DNA of 58,764 nt, from contig JAWMAR010004164.1 of NCBI GenBank assembly GCA_036785375.1, positions 1-58,764 on the forward strand, read 5' to 3'. The notes under the pieces are model-generated. The model was not told where the DNA came from and did not search any database. It saw nothing but the letters and a program-made list of their open reading frames with translations. Below, piece by piece: positions 24,726 through 37,087 of this stretch. The translations under genes were made by a program, and so were the position numbers. This stretch comes from Leucoraja ocellata (Eukaryota). Each line of letters begins with the position of its first letter. Positions within the stretch are counted from its first letter, which is position 1.

Positions 24726-25340
24726 GAGTTACTCCAGCACTCTGTGAAACGTCACCTATCCATGTTCTCCACAGATGCTGCCTGACCCGCTGAGTTACTC
24801 CAGCACTCTGTGAAACGTCACCTATCCATGTTCTCCACAGATGCTGCCTGACCCGCTGAGTTACTCCAGCACTCTGTGAAACGTCACCTATCCATGTTCT
24901 CCACAGATGCTGCCTGACCCGCTGAGTTACTCCAGCACTCTGTGAAACGTCACCTATCCATGTTCTCCACAGATGCTGCCTGACCCGCTGAGTTACTCCA
25001 GCACTCTGTGAAACGTCACCTATCCATGTTCTCCACAGATGCTGCCTGACCCGCTGAGTTACTCCAGCACTCTGTGAAACGTCACCTATCCATGTTCTCC
25101 ACAGATGCTGCCTGACCCGCTGAGTTACTCCAGCACTCTGTGAAACGTCACCTATCCATGTTCTCCACAGATGCTGCCTGACCCGCTGAGTTACTCCAGC
25201 ACTCTGTGAAACGTCACCTATCCATGTTCTCCACAGATGCTGCCTGACCTGCTGAGTTACTCCAGCACTCTGTGAAACGTCACCTATCCAGGTTCTCCAC
25301 AGATGCTGCCTGACCCGCTGAGTTACTCCAGCACTCTGTG
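24726..25340 (+). repeat. 66-bp minisatellite (9 units plus a partial) derived from Penelope pLTR
   Basis: Unit gagttactccagcactctgtgaaacgtcacctatccatgttctccacagatgctgcctgacccgct, nearly invariant. Confidence 0.95.
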
Positions 25341-26179
25341 TCCTTTTACAAAATAAACTAAACGCTGACCAAAACTAAAATGTCCAGCGACGTTGGTGCT
25401 GTTGTCAAACATGGCTTTTGACTCATTCGCAAAGAATTGCACGCAGCTAGACTTAATTTCCGCACCTTTTGCCAAACGCTTCAGAAACTAAAATCCTTGG
25501 CAAATGTTCCGTCCTCAGAAGCTGCCCGAACTCATGAATCTTTAATGTTAATCCCCAGTTTTTATTTCAAATCCCATGTGCTTTGCAGTTAAGCAGGAAC
25601 TTGGAGCCCAGAGGGGAAGCTATCTAATGATTGCACGATACTGTATGGAGTAATCCCACACAAACTGGGACTCTAACTTAACTTAACCATGGAGTGTGAG
25701 CCTGTTTTATTCATCGTATTAATTATACAGTGAAGCCTTATGGAACCATCATCATCAATGAGGAATATTAGAATAACTCAAAAGTCTTGCAGATATCTGG
25801 AATAAACCAGCAGCTTCATTGCATTTTACCGGGCTGCATCACAGCATGGTTTGGGATGTGGGAGGAATCTGGAGCTCCTGAAAGAAACGGGGAGAACATG
25901 CAAACTCCGTACAGACAGTATAGAATCTGTATAGAGTTTTGTTCTCCCTGTCTCCACGTGTAAAAGTTTCATGTATTCAAGAGAGATAGCTAACGGAATC
26001 GAGAGATATGGGGAGAAAGCAGGAACGGGGTACTGATTGTGGATGATCAGCCATGATCATATTGAATGGGGGTTCTGGCTCGAAGGGCCGAATGGCCTCT
26101 ACTCCTGCACCTATTTTCTATGTTTCTGTTTTGTGCTGCTGGCTTCCTTCACTGATGAATTCTCTTTCAATGCTTGCAG

Positions 26180-26530
26180 GAGCTCTGGACATCCAGGTTC
26201 CAATGGACCCAGTGATTGCCCGCTACGGGGAGGATGTGACACTGAACTGCACGTTCACCATCGAGGGCAACTTCTCCCTGGGGGATGTGAGTGTGATCTG
26301 GCAGCTGACAGAGACCAAGGCCATGGTGCACAGCTACTCGCAGCAGTGGAACGTGCAGAGCGACCAGGCGGACAGCTTTGTCAACCGGACCGCATTGTTC
26401 ATGGACCAGCTGGGCAAGGGCAACGCCTCGCTGCTGTTGAGGAATGTGAAGATTGAAGATGAAGGCAGCTTCACCTGCTTCGTCCGTGTCCTAGACTACA
26501 ACAGTGCCCCCATCATGCTCCAACTCGCAG
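26180..26530 (+). CDS. CD276: CD276/B7-H3 IgV exon (351 nt, phase 1/1)
   Basis: ttgcag|GA...GCAG|gtac boundaries. Translation ALDIQVPMDPVIA...TLNCTF...IWQLTETKAMVHS...NRTALF..GNASLLL..DEGSFTCFV matches recalled B7-H3 motifs (ALEVQVPEDPVVA, IWQLTDTK, NRTALF, GNASL, DEGSFTCFV). Confidence 0.96.
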
Positions 26531-26641
26531 GTACAACACTATCCTAAACATACTTCCAAATGTGACGTGGAACATAGAATGTTACAGCACAAAGATACAG
26601 GAAAGATATTGTCAATCTTCAAAGGGTTCAGTAAAGATTTA

Positions 26642-26947
26642 AAGCCCTGTCCCACGGTACGAGTTCATTCCAAGATCTCTCCCTCCCGAGTTTGCCCTGA
26701 TTCGAACGCGGAGATTTACGGTAATGTCCACTCGTCGGTACTCGTGGCTCTCGTGGACATTTTGCAACATGTTGAAAAATCTTCACGAGTCTTCCCGAGT
26801 ACCCGCCGTTAACGTTACGAGCCGCTAAGAGACGTCCCCGAGCTCCGACGTACTCGCTATGTACATTCTCCGTGCTTACCACGAGTTTGATTTTTTTTTA
26901 AACTCGGGAGAGCTCTTGGAATGAACTCGTACAGTGGGACAAGGCTT
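26642..26947. mobile_element. PIF/Harbinger-like MITE, subfamily A, inserted in a CR1 fragment
   Basis: TIR AAGCCCTGTCCCAC / GTGGGACAAGGCTT with TSD TTA (26639-26641, 26948-26950). Reverse-complement homolog of 5918-6264. Confidence 0.85.
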
Positions 26948-27811
26948 TTACGAGGATGTTGCCAGGACTAGAGGGTGTGAGCTGCTATAGGGAGAGGTTG
27001 AGTAGGCTTGGGTCTCTATTCCATGGAGCGCAGGAGGATGAGGGGGATCTTATAGAGGTGTATAAAATCATGAGAGGAATAGATCGGGCAGATGCACAGA
27101 GTCTCTTGCCCAGAGTAGGGGAATCGAGGACCAGAGGACACAGGTTCAAGGTGAAGGGGAAAAGATTTAATAGGAATCTAAAGGGTAACTTTTTCACACA
27201 AAGGGTGGTGGGTATATGGAACGAGCTGCCAGAGGAGATAGTTGAGGCTGGGACTATCCCAATGTTTAAGAAGCAGTTGGATAGGTACATGGATAGGACG
27301 GGTTTGGAGGGATATGGACCAAGAACAGGCAAATGTGTAGCTGGGACTTGTTGGTCGGTGTGGGTGAGTTGGGCCAAAGGGACTGTTTCCATACTGTCTA
27401 TGACACTCTATGACACAAGGAGTTACCCTTCCCACAATGTCCATGCTGAACATGATGTCAAGACCATCTTTTATCTGCCTGTCTGAGATCCATTTCCCTC
27501 CATTCCCTGCAAGTGTGTCAATCTAAATGCCACCATCATATCTGCCTTCACCACCACCCCTGGCAGCGTGCTCCTGGGATTCATCACTCTCTGTGTAAAA
27601 AAATGTGTAATCACTCTCTTCCCATTTGATTGTTCCATCCTAGGGGAAAAGGTTCAGGCTGTCTACCTTATCTACACCTCTTATTATTTTATATACTATT
27701 ATCAAGTCTCCCTTCAATCTTCAACATTTTATGTTTGTTTGTGATAGGAGCAGAATTTGGCCATTCGGCCCATCAAGTCTGCTCCGCCATTCAATCATGG
27801 CTGATCTATCA

Positions 27812-28582
27812 TAAAAACATAGAAATTAGGTGCAGGAGTAGGTCATTCGGCCCTTCGAGCCTGCACCGCCATTCAATATGATCATGGCTGATCATCCAAC
27901 TCAGTATCCCGTACCTGCCTTCTCTCCATACCCCCTGATCCCCTTAGTCACAAGGGCCACATCTAACTCCCTCTTAAATATAGCCAATGAACTGTGGCCT
28001 CAACTACCCTCTGTGGCAGAGAGTTCCAGAGATTCACCACTCTCTGTGTGAAAAAAGTTCTTCTCATCTCTGTTTTAAAGGATTTCCCCCTTATCCTTAA
28101 GCTGTGACCCCTTGTCCTGGACTTCCCCAACATCGGGAACAATCTTCCTGCATCTAGCCTGTCCAACCCCTTAAGAATTTCTCCCTCCTATCTCTCCCTC
28201 CTAACCCCATTCTCCATAACCCCTGACACCCGTACTTATCAAGAATCTATCTATCTCTGCCTTAGAAATATCCACTGACTTGGCCTCCACAGCCGTCTGT
28301 GGCAAAGAATTCCACAGATTCACCACCCTCTGACTAAAGAAATTCCTCCTCATCTTCCTAAAGGAACGTCCTTTAATTCTGAGGCTGTGCCCTCTAGTCC
28401 TAGACTCTCCCACTGGTGGAAACATCCTCTCCGCATCCACTCTATCCAGGCCTTTCACTATTCTGTACGTTTCAATGAGGTTCCCCCTCATCCTTCTAAA
28501 CTCCAGCGAGTACAGGCCCAGTGCCGACAAACGCTCATCGTATGTTAACCCACTCATTCCTGGGATCATTCTCGTAAACCTC
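27812..28582 (-). mobile_element. Two adjacent minus-strand CR1 3' fragments
   Basis: ORFs 27963-28166 and 28201-28569 carry CR1 ORF2 C-terminal motifs. Confidence 0.9.
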
Positions 28583-28868
28583 CTCTTTCTTATTTATTAA
28601 TTCATCCTAGATTAACCCAAAGCTGCAGCTTCTTATTAGACAAAGAAACATAGACAATAGGAGCAGGAGTAGGCCATTCGGCCCTTCGAGCCAGCACCGC
28701 CATTCAATAAGATCATGGCTGATCATTCAGAATCAGTACCCTGTTCCTGCTTTCTTCCCATATCCATTGATTCCATTAGCCCCAGGAGCTAAGTCTAACT
28801 CTCTGTTGATGGGGCACAAGCCCTCAGATGTGGGTCCACCATGCTGATGCCCCTACCTCTTCTTTCAG

Positions 28869-29165
28869 CCTCTTACTCCAAGCCCAACCTGCACCTGGAG
28901 CCCAGCAAGAACCTGAAGCCTGGAGATGAGGTGAGCATTGCCTGCCATTCCTCTGGGGGCTACCCGCAGGCAACGGTGCTGTGGTTTGACGGGAAGGGGG
29001 GCAACGTGACGGAGAATGTCAGCACCTCACAGGTAGCTAATGAGCGGGGCCTGTTCGAGGTGAGCAGCGTGATGCGAGTCACCCTGGAGCCCAACAGCTC
29101 GTACAGCTGCACGGTGAGGAACAAGCTACTGGGAGAGGAGACCCATGCTGCAGCGACAATCACAG
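28869..29165 (+). CDS. CD276: CD276/B7-H3 IgC exon (297 nt, phase 1/1)
   Basis: tctttcag|CC...ACAG|gtcagt boundaries. ASYSKPNLHLEPSKNLKPGDEVSIAC..GYPQA.V.W...NVSTSQVANERGLFEV...YSCTVRN...TITG matches B7-H3 IgC (YSKP..LEP.K.L.PGD, SQMANEQGLFDV). Confidence 0.96.
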
Positions 29166-29399
29166 GTCAGTCCCACCTCACCGCCACGCCCAACACCCTC
29201 CTCTCCTCTCCTCTACCCACCAATGCTAACATGCACATCCCACACGGTATGGAACAAGCTGCCAGAGCATGTAGTTGAGGCTGGGACTATCCCAACGTTT
29301 AAGAATGGTCCCTGTGGCTAAAGGGATCAGGGGGTATGGAGAGAAGGCAGGGTTGGGATACTGAGTTGGATGATCAGCCATGATCATATTGAATGATAT

Positions 29400-29825
29400 T
29401 GTACTCGCTAGAATTTAGAAGATTGAGGGGGGATCTTATAGAAACTTACAAAATTCTTAAGGGGTTGGACAGGCTAGATGCAGGAAGATTGTTCCCGATG
29501 TTGGGGAAGTCCAGAACTAGGGGTCACACAGTTCAAGGATAAGAGGGAAATCTTTTAGGACTGAGATGAGAAAAACATTTTTCACACAGAGAGTGGTGAA
29601 TCTGTGGAACTCTCTGCCACAGAAGGTAGTTGAGGCCACACAGTTCATTGGCCATATTTAAGAGGGAGTTAGATGTGGCCCTTGTGGCTAAAGGGATCAG
29701 GGGGTATGGAGAGAAGGCAGGGATGGGATACTGAGTTGGATGATCAGCCATGATCATATCGAATGGCGGTGCAGGCTCGAAGGGCCGAATGGCCTACTCC
29801 TGCACCTATTTTTTATGTTTCTATG
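29400..29825 (+). mobile_element. CR1 LINE 3' fragment
   Basis: Same subfamily as 27812-28180, opposite orientation. Confidence 0.9.
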
Positions 29826-31131
29826 TAAGAAACAGTTAGACAGGTACATGGATAGGACAGGTTCGGAGGGATATGGACCAAACGCAGGCAGGTGGGACTA
29901 GTGTAGCTAGGACATGTTGGCCGGTGTGGGCAAGATGGGCCAAAGGGCCTGTTTCCACACTGTATCACTCTAAGACACTATCTGCCGCCTGAGATCAGAT
30001 GCCATTACTGAAACCCGAAATGAGACAAGAGTAATATCTGGTGAAAATTGTGATTTCCGTAAGCTTATTGGATTTGAAAAGCTCCACTTAATGCCGTGTA
30101 AGTTGAAGGAGGGCTGTTTGAATCTGTATTTACAAGCACACATGCAAAATGGTCTTAAAAGACATGATTGTTACTGTGTGATTGATGTGGAATCCACTGG
30201 GTCCTGGGCCCTGTCACATTGACATTAGATCAAAGGTTTGATTGATGGAACCTTCTGGTTCATTCCGCAATCATCTATCTTGCCCGTTAATGGCTGAGTG
30301 TGTAATCCCGCTGATATTAAATGCCGTTGACTTGCCAAATATTAAGTGAGCTAACTTTAGACGAAGGAACCTGGCCTCTAACAAGGTGGAAATATCCACC
30401 TGAGACCCAGTCCCTGAAGTCAGCCTTTAGTTCTGTTAACATACAGAGGGAATTATTAACTAAATGCTACATGTATAAAGCAAGTTGGAAGAGCAACGTG
30501 TTTGAGGAATATAGAACTCTACAGCGGAAATGTTCCATCTGGAATCCCTCTGGTTTTAACACCAATGGAATGAAAGGATATATTTAAGGCAGAGATAGAT
30601 AGATTTTTGATTAGTGCGGGTGTCAGGGTTATGGGGAGAAGGCAGGAGAATGGGGTTAGGAGGGAGAGATAGATCAGCCATGATTGAATGGCGGCGTAGA
30701 CTCGATGGGCCGAATGGCCTAATACTGCTCCTATCACTTAAGACCGGATAGAGTGGATGTGGAGAGGACGTTTCCGCCAGTGGGAAGTCTAGACCATAGG
30801 TCGTAGAAACATAGAAAATAGGTGCAGGAGTAGAGGCCATTCGGCCCTTCGAGCCTGCACCATTCGCCATTCAATATGATCATGGCTGATCATCCAACTC
30901 AGTATCCTGTACCTGCCTTCTCTCTATACCCCCTGATCCCTTTAGCCACAAGGGCCACATCTAACTCCCTCTTAAATATGTCATAGCCTCATAATATGAG
31001 TCGTAGCCTCAGAATTAAAGGGCGTTCCTTCAGGAAGATGAGGAGGGATTTATTTTGTCAGAGGGTGGTGAATCTGTGGAATTCATTGCCACGGAAGGCT
31101 GTGGAGGCCAAGTCAGTGGATTTTTTTTTTA

Positions 31132-31793
31132 AATGCTGGAGTAACTCAGCGGGTGAGGCAGCATCTCTGGAGAGAAGGAATGGGCGACGTTTCGGGTCGA
31201 GACCCTTCTTCAGACTGGTGTCGGGGAGAGGGTGGGACAAGGAAAATACTGTAAGTAGAGACAGTAAGAGTAGTGGGAGAACTGGGAATGGGGAGGGGGA
31301 GAGAGGGAAAGCAAGGGGTATTTGAAGTTAGAGAAGTCAATGTTCATACCGCTGGGGTGTAAGCTGGCCAAGCGAAATATGAGGCGCTGTTCCTCCAATT
31401 TGCGTTGGGCCTCGCTCTTGACAGTGGAGGAGGCCCAGGACAGAAAGGTCAGTGTGGGAATGGGAGGGGGAGTTGAAGCGCTGAGCTCAAGTAGGAGATC
31501 AGGATAGGTTGGGGCGGACTGAGCGAAGGCGTTCAGCAAAACGATCGCCGAGCCTGCGCTTGGTCTCGCCGATGTAGAGAAGTTGACACCAGGAACAGCG
31601 GATACAGTAGATGAGGTTGGAGGATGCTGGTTTAAACTGAAGGTCGACACACACAGTGCTGGAGTAACTCGGCGGGACAGAAGGAATGGGTGACGTTTCG
31701 GGTCTGAAGAAGGGTCTCGACCCAAAACGTCACCCATTCCTTCTCTCCAGAGATGCTGCCTGCCCCGCTGAGTTACTCCAGTATTTTGTGTCT
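31132..31793 (-). mobile_element. Penelope-like element 3' part: GIY-YIG endonuclease remnant, pLTR and inverted pLTR
   Basis: Minus strand from ~31622 reads SSNLIYCIRCSWCQLLYIGETKRRLGDRFAE and, after frameshifts, EAQRKLEEQRLIFRLASLHPSGMNIDFS. An inverted terminal repeat lies at ~31700-31793. Confidence 0.9.
31186..31213 (-). ncRNA. Minimal type-I hammerhead ribozyme core in Penelope pLTR
   Basis: CTGAAGA-A-GGGTC TC GACCC-GAAAC-GTC on the minus strand. Confidence 0.6.
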
Positions 31794-33552
31794 GTGGAGG
31801 TGTATGGATTTTGTACAGACAGAAAAGAGTTGGCATGGCCTTTGTGTTCGACACAGACAATGTGGGCTGAAGTTGGTCATGTGTGGGGTTTTGTCAAAGA
31901 GCAGTCACTGTCTTCCTGAGGAACCATGAACACAGCTGCAGTGTTGATCATCAACAGTAGGTGTCAGTGCCACATCATACCTTGGGCCATGAATCCCTTC
32001 CAATCCAGTCTTGGGGATGAGCCTATTAATTGGATCATAAGATCAAAAGTGATGGGAGTAGAATTAGGCCATTCGGCCCATCGAGTCCACTCCGCCATTC
32101 AATCATCTCTGCCTCCTAACCCCATTTTCCTGCCTTCTCCCCATAACCCTTGACACCCGTTCTAATCAAGAATTTCTCTTTCTCTGCCTTAAAAACATCC
32201 ACTGACTTGTGGCCTCCGCAGCCGTCTGTGGCAAAGAATTCCACAGATTCACCACCCTCTGACTAAATAAATTCCTCCTCGTCTAAATAAACTCCACACT
32301 CCTCCACGCTCCCGTCTCACGCTACCACACGCACCCGTGAGTTGCAACGCGTCGATCTATTTTACATATATCGCGGAAATGAGGCGCAAATTACAGCCAT
32401 GTGGGACAGGCCCTTCAAGTCTGTAGGTTAATTATTCTTAGTTTGTTTTGTAGGTTAATTGGCCACTGGGAATTGCCCTTAGTGTGTAGGGAGTGGATGT
32501 GAAAGTTTAGTTTATTGTCACGTGTACCGAGGTACAGTGAAAAGCTTTTGTTGCGTGCTAACCAGTCAGCAGAAAGACAATACATGATCACAATCGAGCC
32601 GTCTACAGTGATTAGGGAATAACGTTTAGTGCAAGGTAAAGCCAGCAAAGTCCGATCAGGGATAGTCCGAGGGTCACCACTGAGGGCCACCAGCTACCAA
32701 GACAGATGTGTACAGCAATTCGTTCTTCCCCCGCACACACAATTAAAGCATGGAATAATCTCCACCCAACTATATGAAGAAAGACTGGATAGACCTAGTT
32801 TATACTCTCTAGAATTTAGAAGATTGAGATGGGATCTTATAGAAACTTACAAAATTCTTAAGGGGTTGGACAGGCTAGATGCAGGAAGATTGTTCCCGAT
32901 GTTAGGGAAGTCCAGGACAAGGGGTCACAGCTTGAGGATAAGGGGGATATCCTTTAAAACCGAGATGAGAAGAACTTTTTTCACACACAGAGTGGTGACT
33001 CTCTGGAACTCTCTGCCACAGAGGGTAGTCGAGGCCAGTTCATTGGCTATATTTAAGAGGGAGTTAGATGTGGCCCTTGTGGCTAAAGGGATCAGGGTGT
33101 TTGGAGAGAAGGCAGGGATGGGATACTGAGTTGGATGATCAGCCATGATCATATTGAATGGCGGTGCAGGCTCGAAGGGCTGAATGGCCTCTACTCCTGC
33201 ACCTAATTTCTATGTTTCTAACTATAGTTACCCAACCAGATGCAACTAAATTTAGGGTAGCTCTTTCTTCCCAAAAAACCCTTCCTCCCTCCGCCACCTC
33301 CAGTTTAAATTCCATTTGGAATATTTTGGAGGACCAAGAAACGGGGTGGACCAAGAACCAAGAATGTGGTGGACAATCTGGTGTGACGGCTAGTTGGCTT
33401 GGTCCAGGTGAATGGGAATGAAACACAAACCAAAGGGATAATTCGATCTCAAGCTCAAGTTGAGCAGCCAGGCTGTTGTCTCTGTTGGGGTCAATGTCTG
33501 CCAGGCCCTGACACAGCTCCATGTGGTGGGTGGTAGAGCGGGCACCCAGAGA

Positions 33553-34300
33553 TAGAAACATAGAAACATAGACAATAGGTGCAGGAGTAGAGGCCATTCG
33601 GCCCTTTGAGCCTGCACCATTCGCCATTCAATATGATCATGGCTGATCATCCAACTCAGTATCCTGTACCTGCCTTCTCTCCATACCCCCTGATCCCCTT
33701 AGCCACAAGGGCCACATCTAACTCCCTCTTAAATATAGCCAATGAACTGGCCTCAACTACCTTCTGTGGCAGAGAGTTCCAGAGATTCACCACTCTCTGT
33801 GTGAAAAAAGTTCTTCTCATCTCGGTTTTAAAGGATTTCCCCCTTTATCCTTAAGCTGTGACCCCTTGTCCTGGACTTCCCCAACATCGGGAACAATCTT
33901 CCTGCATCTAGCCTGTCCAACCCCCTTAAGAATTTTGTAAGTTTTTATAAGATCCTATAAGATAAGATTTGCAGTTCCTATAAGTTTCTATAAGATCCCC
34001 TCTCAATCTCCTAAATTCTAGAGAGTATAAACCAAGTCTATCCAGTTCTTCATAAGACAGTCCTGACATCCCAGGAATCAGTCTGGTGAACCTTCTCTGC
34101 ACTCCCTCTATGGCAATAATGTCCTTCCTCAGATTTGGAGACCAAAACTGTACACAATACTCCAGGTGTGGTCTCACCAAGACACTGTACAACTGCAGTA
34201 GAACCTCCCTGCTCCTAGACTCAAATCCTTTCGCAATGAAAGCTAACATACCATTCGCTTTCTTCACTGCCTGCTGCACCTGCATGCCTACCTTCAATGA
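33553..34300 (-). mobile_element. CR1 LINE 3' fragment (among the longest in the window)
   Basis: QAVKKANGMLAFI...LYSVLVRPHLEYCVQFWSP...[13 protein letters not shown]. Confidence 0.92.
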
Positions 34301-36173
34301 CATGGTTGGCTGTGTGTACCTCTGCTCCACATTCACAGGCTGGGCTATGGCGGACTGACTGAGGGGAGCTAATGGATATTTATCGCCGAGAGTCGGTGCA
34401 GCTTTTGTGCATTCACTTTTCAAGCTGTCAATGATTTTTTTGTTTGCCTTGAGATGTGGCATTGTTCCTTGTGATCAGCGGGGATTACTGATGGATTTCA
34501 TATTGTGGGTAAAACTACTGGGCAACCTGTCACATTGGAAGGAAGGCTTTGTCCTGCCACTGTGTGTTTTTTGACGTTCATGTTCGTATCATCGAGAGGG
34601 TCAGAGTTTATTGGCGTTTCTTAACCCACCCTCTCTAGAGAAGAATGGTGTTAGGAAGGAACTGCAGATGCTGGTTTACACCGAAGATAGGCGCACAAAA
34701 ATGCTGGAGTAACTCAGCGGGACAGGCAGCATCCCTGGAGAGAAGGGTCTCGACCCGAAACGTCACCCCTTCCTACTCCGCAGAGATGCTGCCTGTCCCG
34801 CTGAGTTACTCCAGCTTTTTGTGTCTGCCTTCCTTTCAGGGAAGGGTTGTTTGAGTACAATATACAATAGAAAATAGGTGCAGGAGGAGGCCATTCGGCC
34901 CTTCGAGCCAGCACTGCCATCCACTGTGATCACGGCTGATCATCCACAATCAGTACCCCGTTCCTGCCTTCTCCCCATATCCCCTGACTCCGCTATCTTT
35001 AGAAACATAGAAAATAGGTGCAGAAGGAGGCCATTCGGCCCTTCGAGCCACCACCGCCATTCATTGTGATCATGGCTGATCGTCCCCAATCAATAACCCG
35101 TGCCTGCCTTCTCCCCATATCCCTTGACTCCACTAGCCCCTAGAGCTCTATCTAACTCTCTCTTAAACCCATCCAGTGATTTGGCCTCCACTGCCCTCTG
35201 TGGCAGGGAATTCCATAAATTCACAACTCTCTGGGTGAAATTTTTTTTTCTCACCTCAGGCTTAAATGACCTCCCCTTTATTCTAAGACTGTGTGTGGCC
35301 CCTGGTTCTGGACTCGCCCACCATTGGGACCATTTTTCCTGCATCTAGCTTGTCCAGTCCTTTTATAAATTTATATGTTTCTATAAGATCCCCCCCTCAT
35401 CCTTCTAAACTCCAGTGAATACATGCCCAGTCTTTTCAATCTTTCCTCATATGACTGTCCCGCCATCCCAGGGATCAATCTGGTGAACCTACGCTGCACT
35501 GCCTCAATCACAAGGATGTCCTTCCTCAAATTAGGAAACCAAAACTGTACACAATACAATCTTTAAGAGCTCTATCTAGCTCTCTCTTGAAAGCATCCAG
35601 AGAATTGGCCTCCACTGCCTTCTGAGGCATAGTTCATTGCAGCCAGTGCTGTGCTAGATTAATCTGCAGCCTCAGACAGCCTATCTTTCAAGCAATGGGC
35701 TCTGCCTTGGTCAACATAGAGTGAAAAATCTTTGTCTGCCGACTGCTATACCATACGGTGGAAGCACAGTGGCCCTGGTTATTGAAGCTGTGTTAGAGGA
35801 TTAAGTGGGATCCAGTCCCACTTTCGGCTTTGCTATATCTTAGTAGAGATATAATTCTAAATTCTCTTAACTTGGCAAACCAGCGCTAAACTGTGATTTA
35901 TCAGAGTATTCTGCAAAAAGTGACAAACTTCACCTTTTCTCAATCCACTCCTGCTGTGTCGACCCAGAACCGACATCAGAGGTCAATAGACAAAGACTAA
36001 AAATAGGCTAGTGTGATCCGGTCAAAGCTGCCCGCAAGTCCTGACAGAAAATTGACGTATTTCACCTTTATCTTCCTTCACTCCAGTTATTTTTGCTGAA
36101 GTACTTTGTAGGGGAAGGCAACGCAGAGGCTGGAAATCTAAAAATAACACGAGGGGAGGTCAGAGATGCTCAG

Positions 36174-36174
<1 letters not shown>

Positions 36175-36227
<53 letters not shown>

Positions 36228-36652
36228 CTGCGTGTATGTGCGTGTGTCTGTACTTGTGTGTGTATGTGCGTGTGTGTACGACTGCGTGTGTGTGCGTGCG
36301 TGTGTGTATGTGTGTGTACGACTGTGTGTATGTGCGTGTCCATACATGTGTGTACGTGTGTGTACGACTGTGTGTATGTGCGTGTGTCTATACGTGTGCG
36401 TGTGTGTACAACTGCGTGGGTGTGCGTGTGTGTATGTGTGTGTACGACTGCGTGGGTGTGCGTGTGTGTGTATGTGTGTGTGTACGACTGCGTGTATGTG
36501 CGTGTGTCTACGTGTGTGTACGTGTGTGTACGACTGTGTATGTGTGCGTGTCTATACGTGTGTGTACGTGTTTGTACGACTGCGTGTATGCGTGTGTCTA
36601 TACGTGTGTGTGTACAACTGCGTGGGTGTGCGTGTGTGTGTACGTGTGCTAT
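36175..36652. repeat. (TG)n microsatellite with higher-order tacgactg punctuation
   Basis: Direct reading. Confidence 0.95.
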
Positions 36653-37087
36653 GTACATGACACAATAGAACTTTATTTATCCCAGGAGGGAAACTGATCA
36701 TCCAACAAGATACATGAGATTAAAGGGATGAGTGGAAAGGATTGGGGTTCCTCGGTGTATAACCAGCATCTGCAGTTCCTTCCCACACTGTATTTCTCTG
36801 CTGCCTGAACAGTTGAAGGTCTCAGGAAGACTGAATATTGTTCTCACTTCCTTTCATTATTTCAGCTGGTAGCTTGGTGGTGCATCAGTTAGTGCTGCTG
36901 CCTCCCAGCTCCGGGGCCTTGGGTTCAGTCCTGACCTCGTTATTTCCCCATCTGACCTGCAAATATTTTAAACCGGGCTGCTCCGGACTCCTGTACTTGG
37001 GATCATTGTACCCGTGTGGGTGATTTGACAGGCGGCAGGCAAACCTTTTCACTGTGTCACGGTACATGTGACAATAGCAAGCCAATT

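Noticed and set aside
24726-25340. CRISPR-like or retrozyme-like array
   Set aside because: Units are contiguous and near-identical with no unique spacers, the context is eukaryotic, and the hammerhead CUGANGA box is missing.
26053-26179. N-terminal extension of the IgV ORF as real protein
   Set aside because: It is CR1 tail and intron sequence upstream of the acceptor at 26179.
36093-36697. Cys/Val- and His/Thr-rich ORFs
   Set aside because: Translations of a TG microsatellite; the same applies to 20534-21249.
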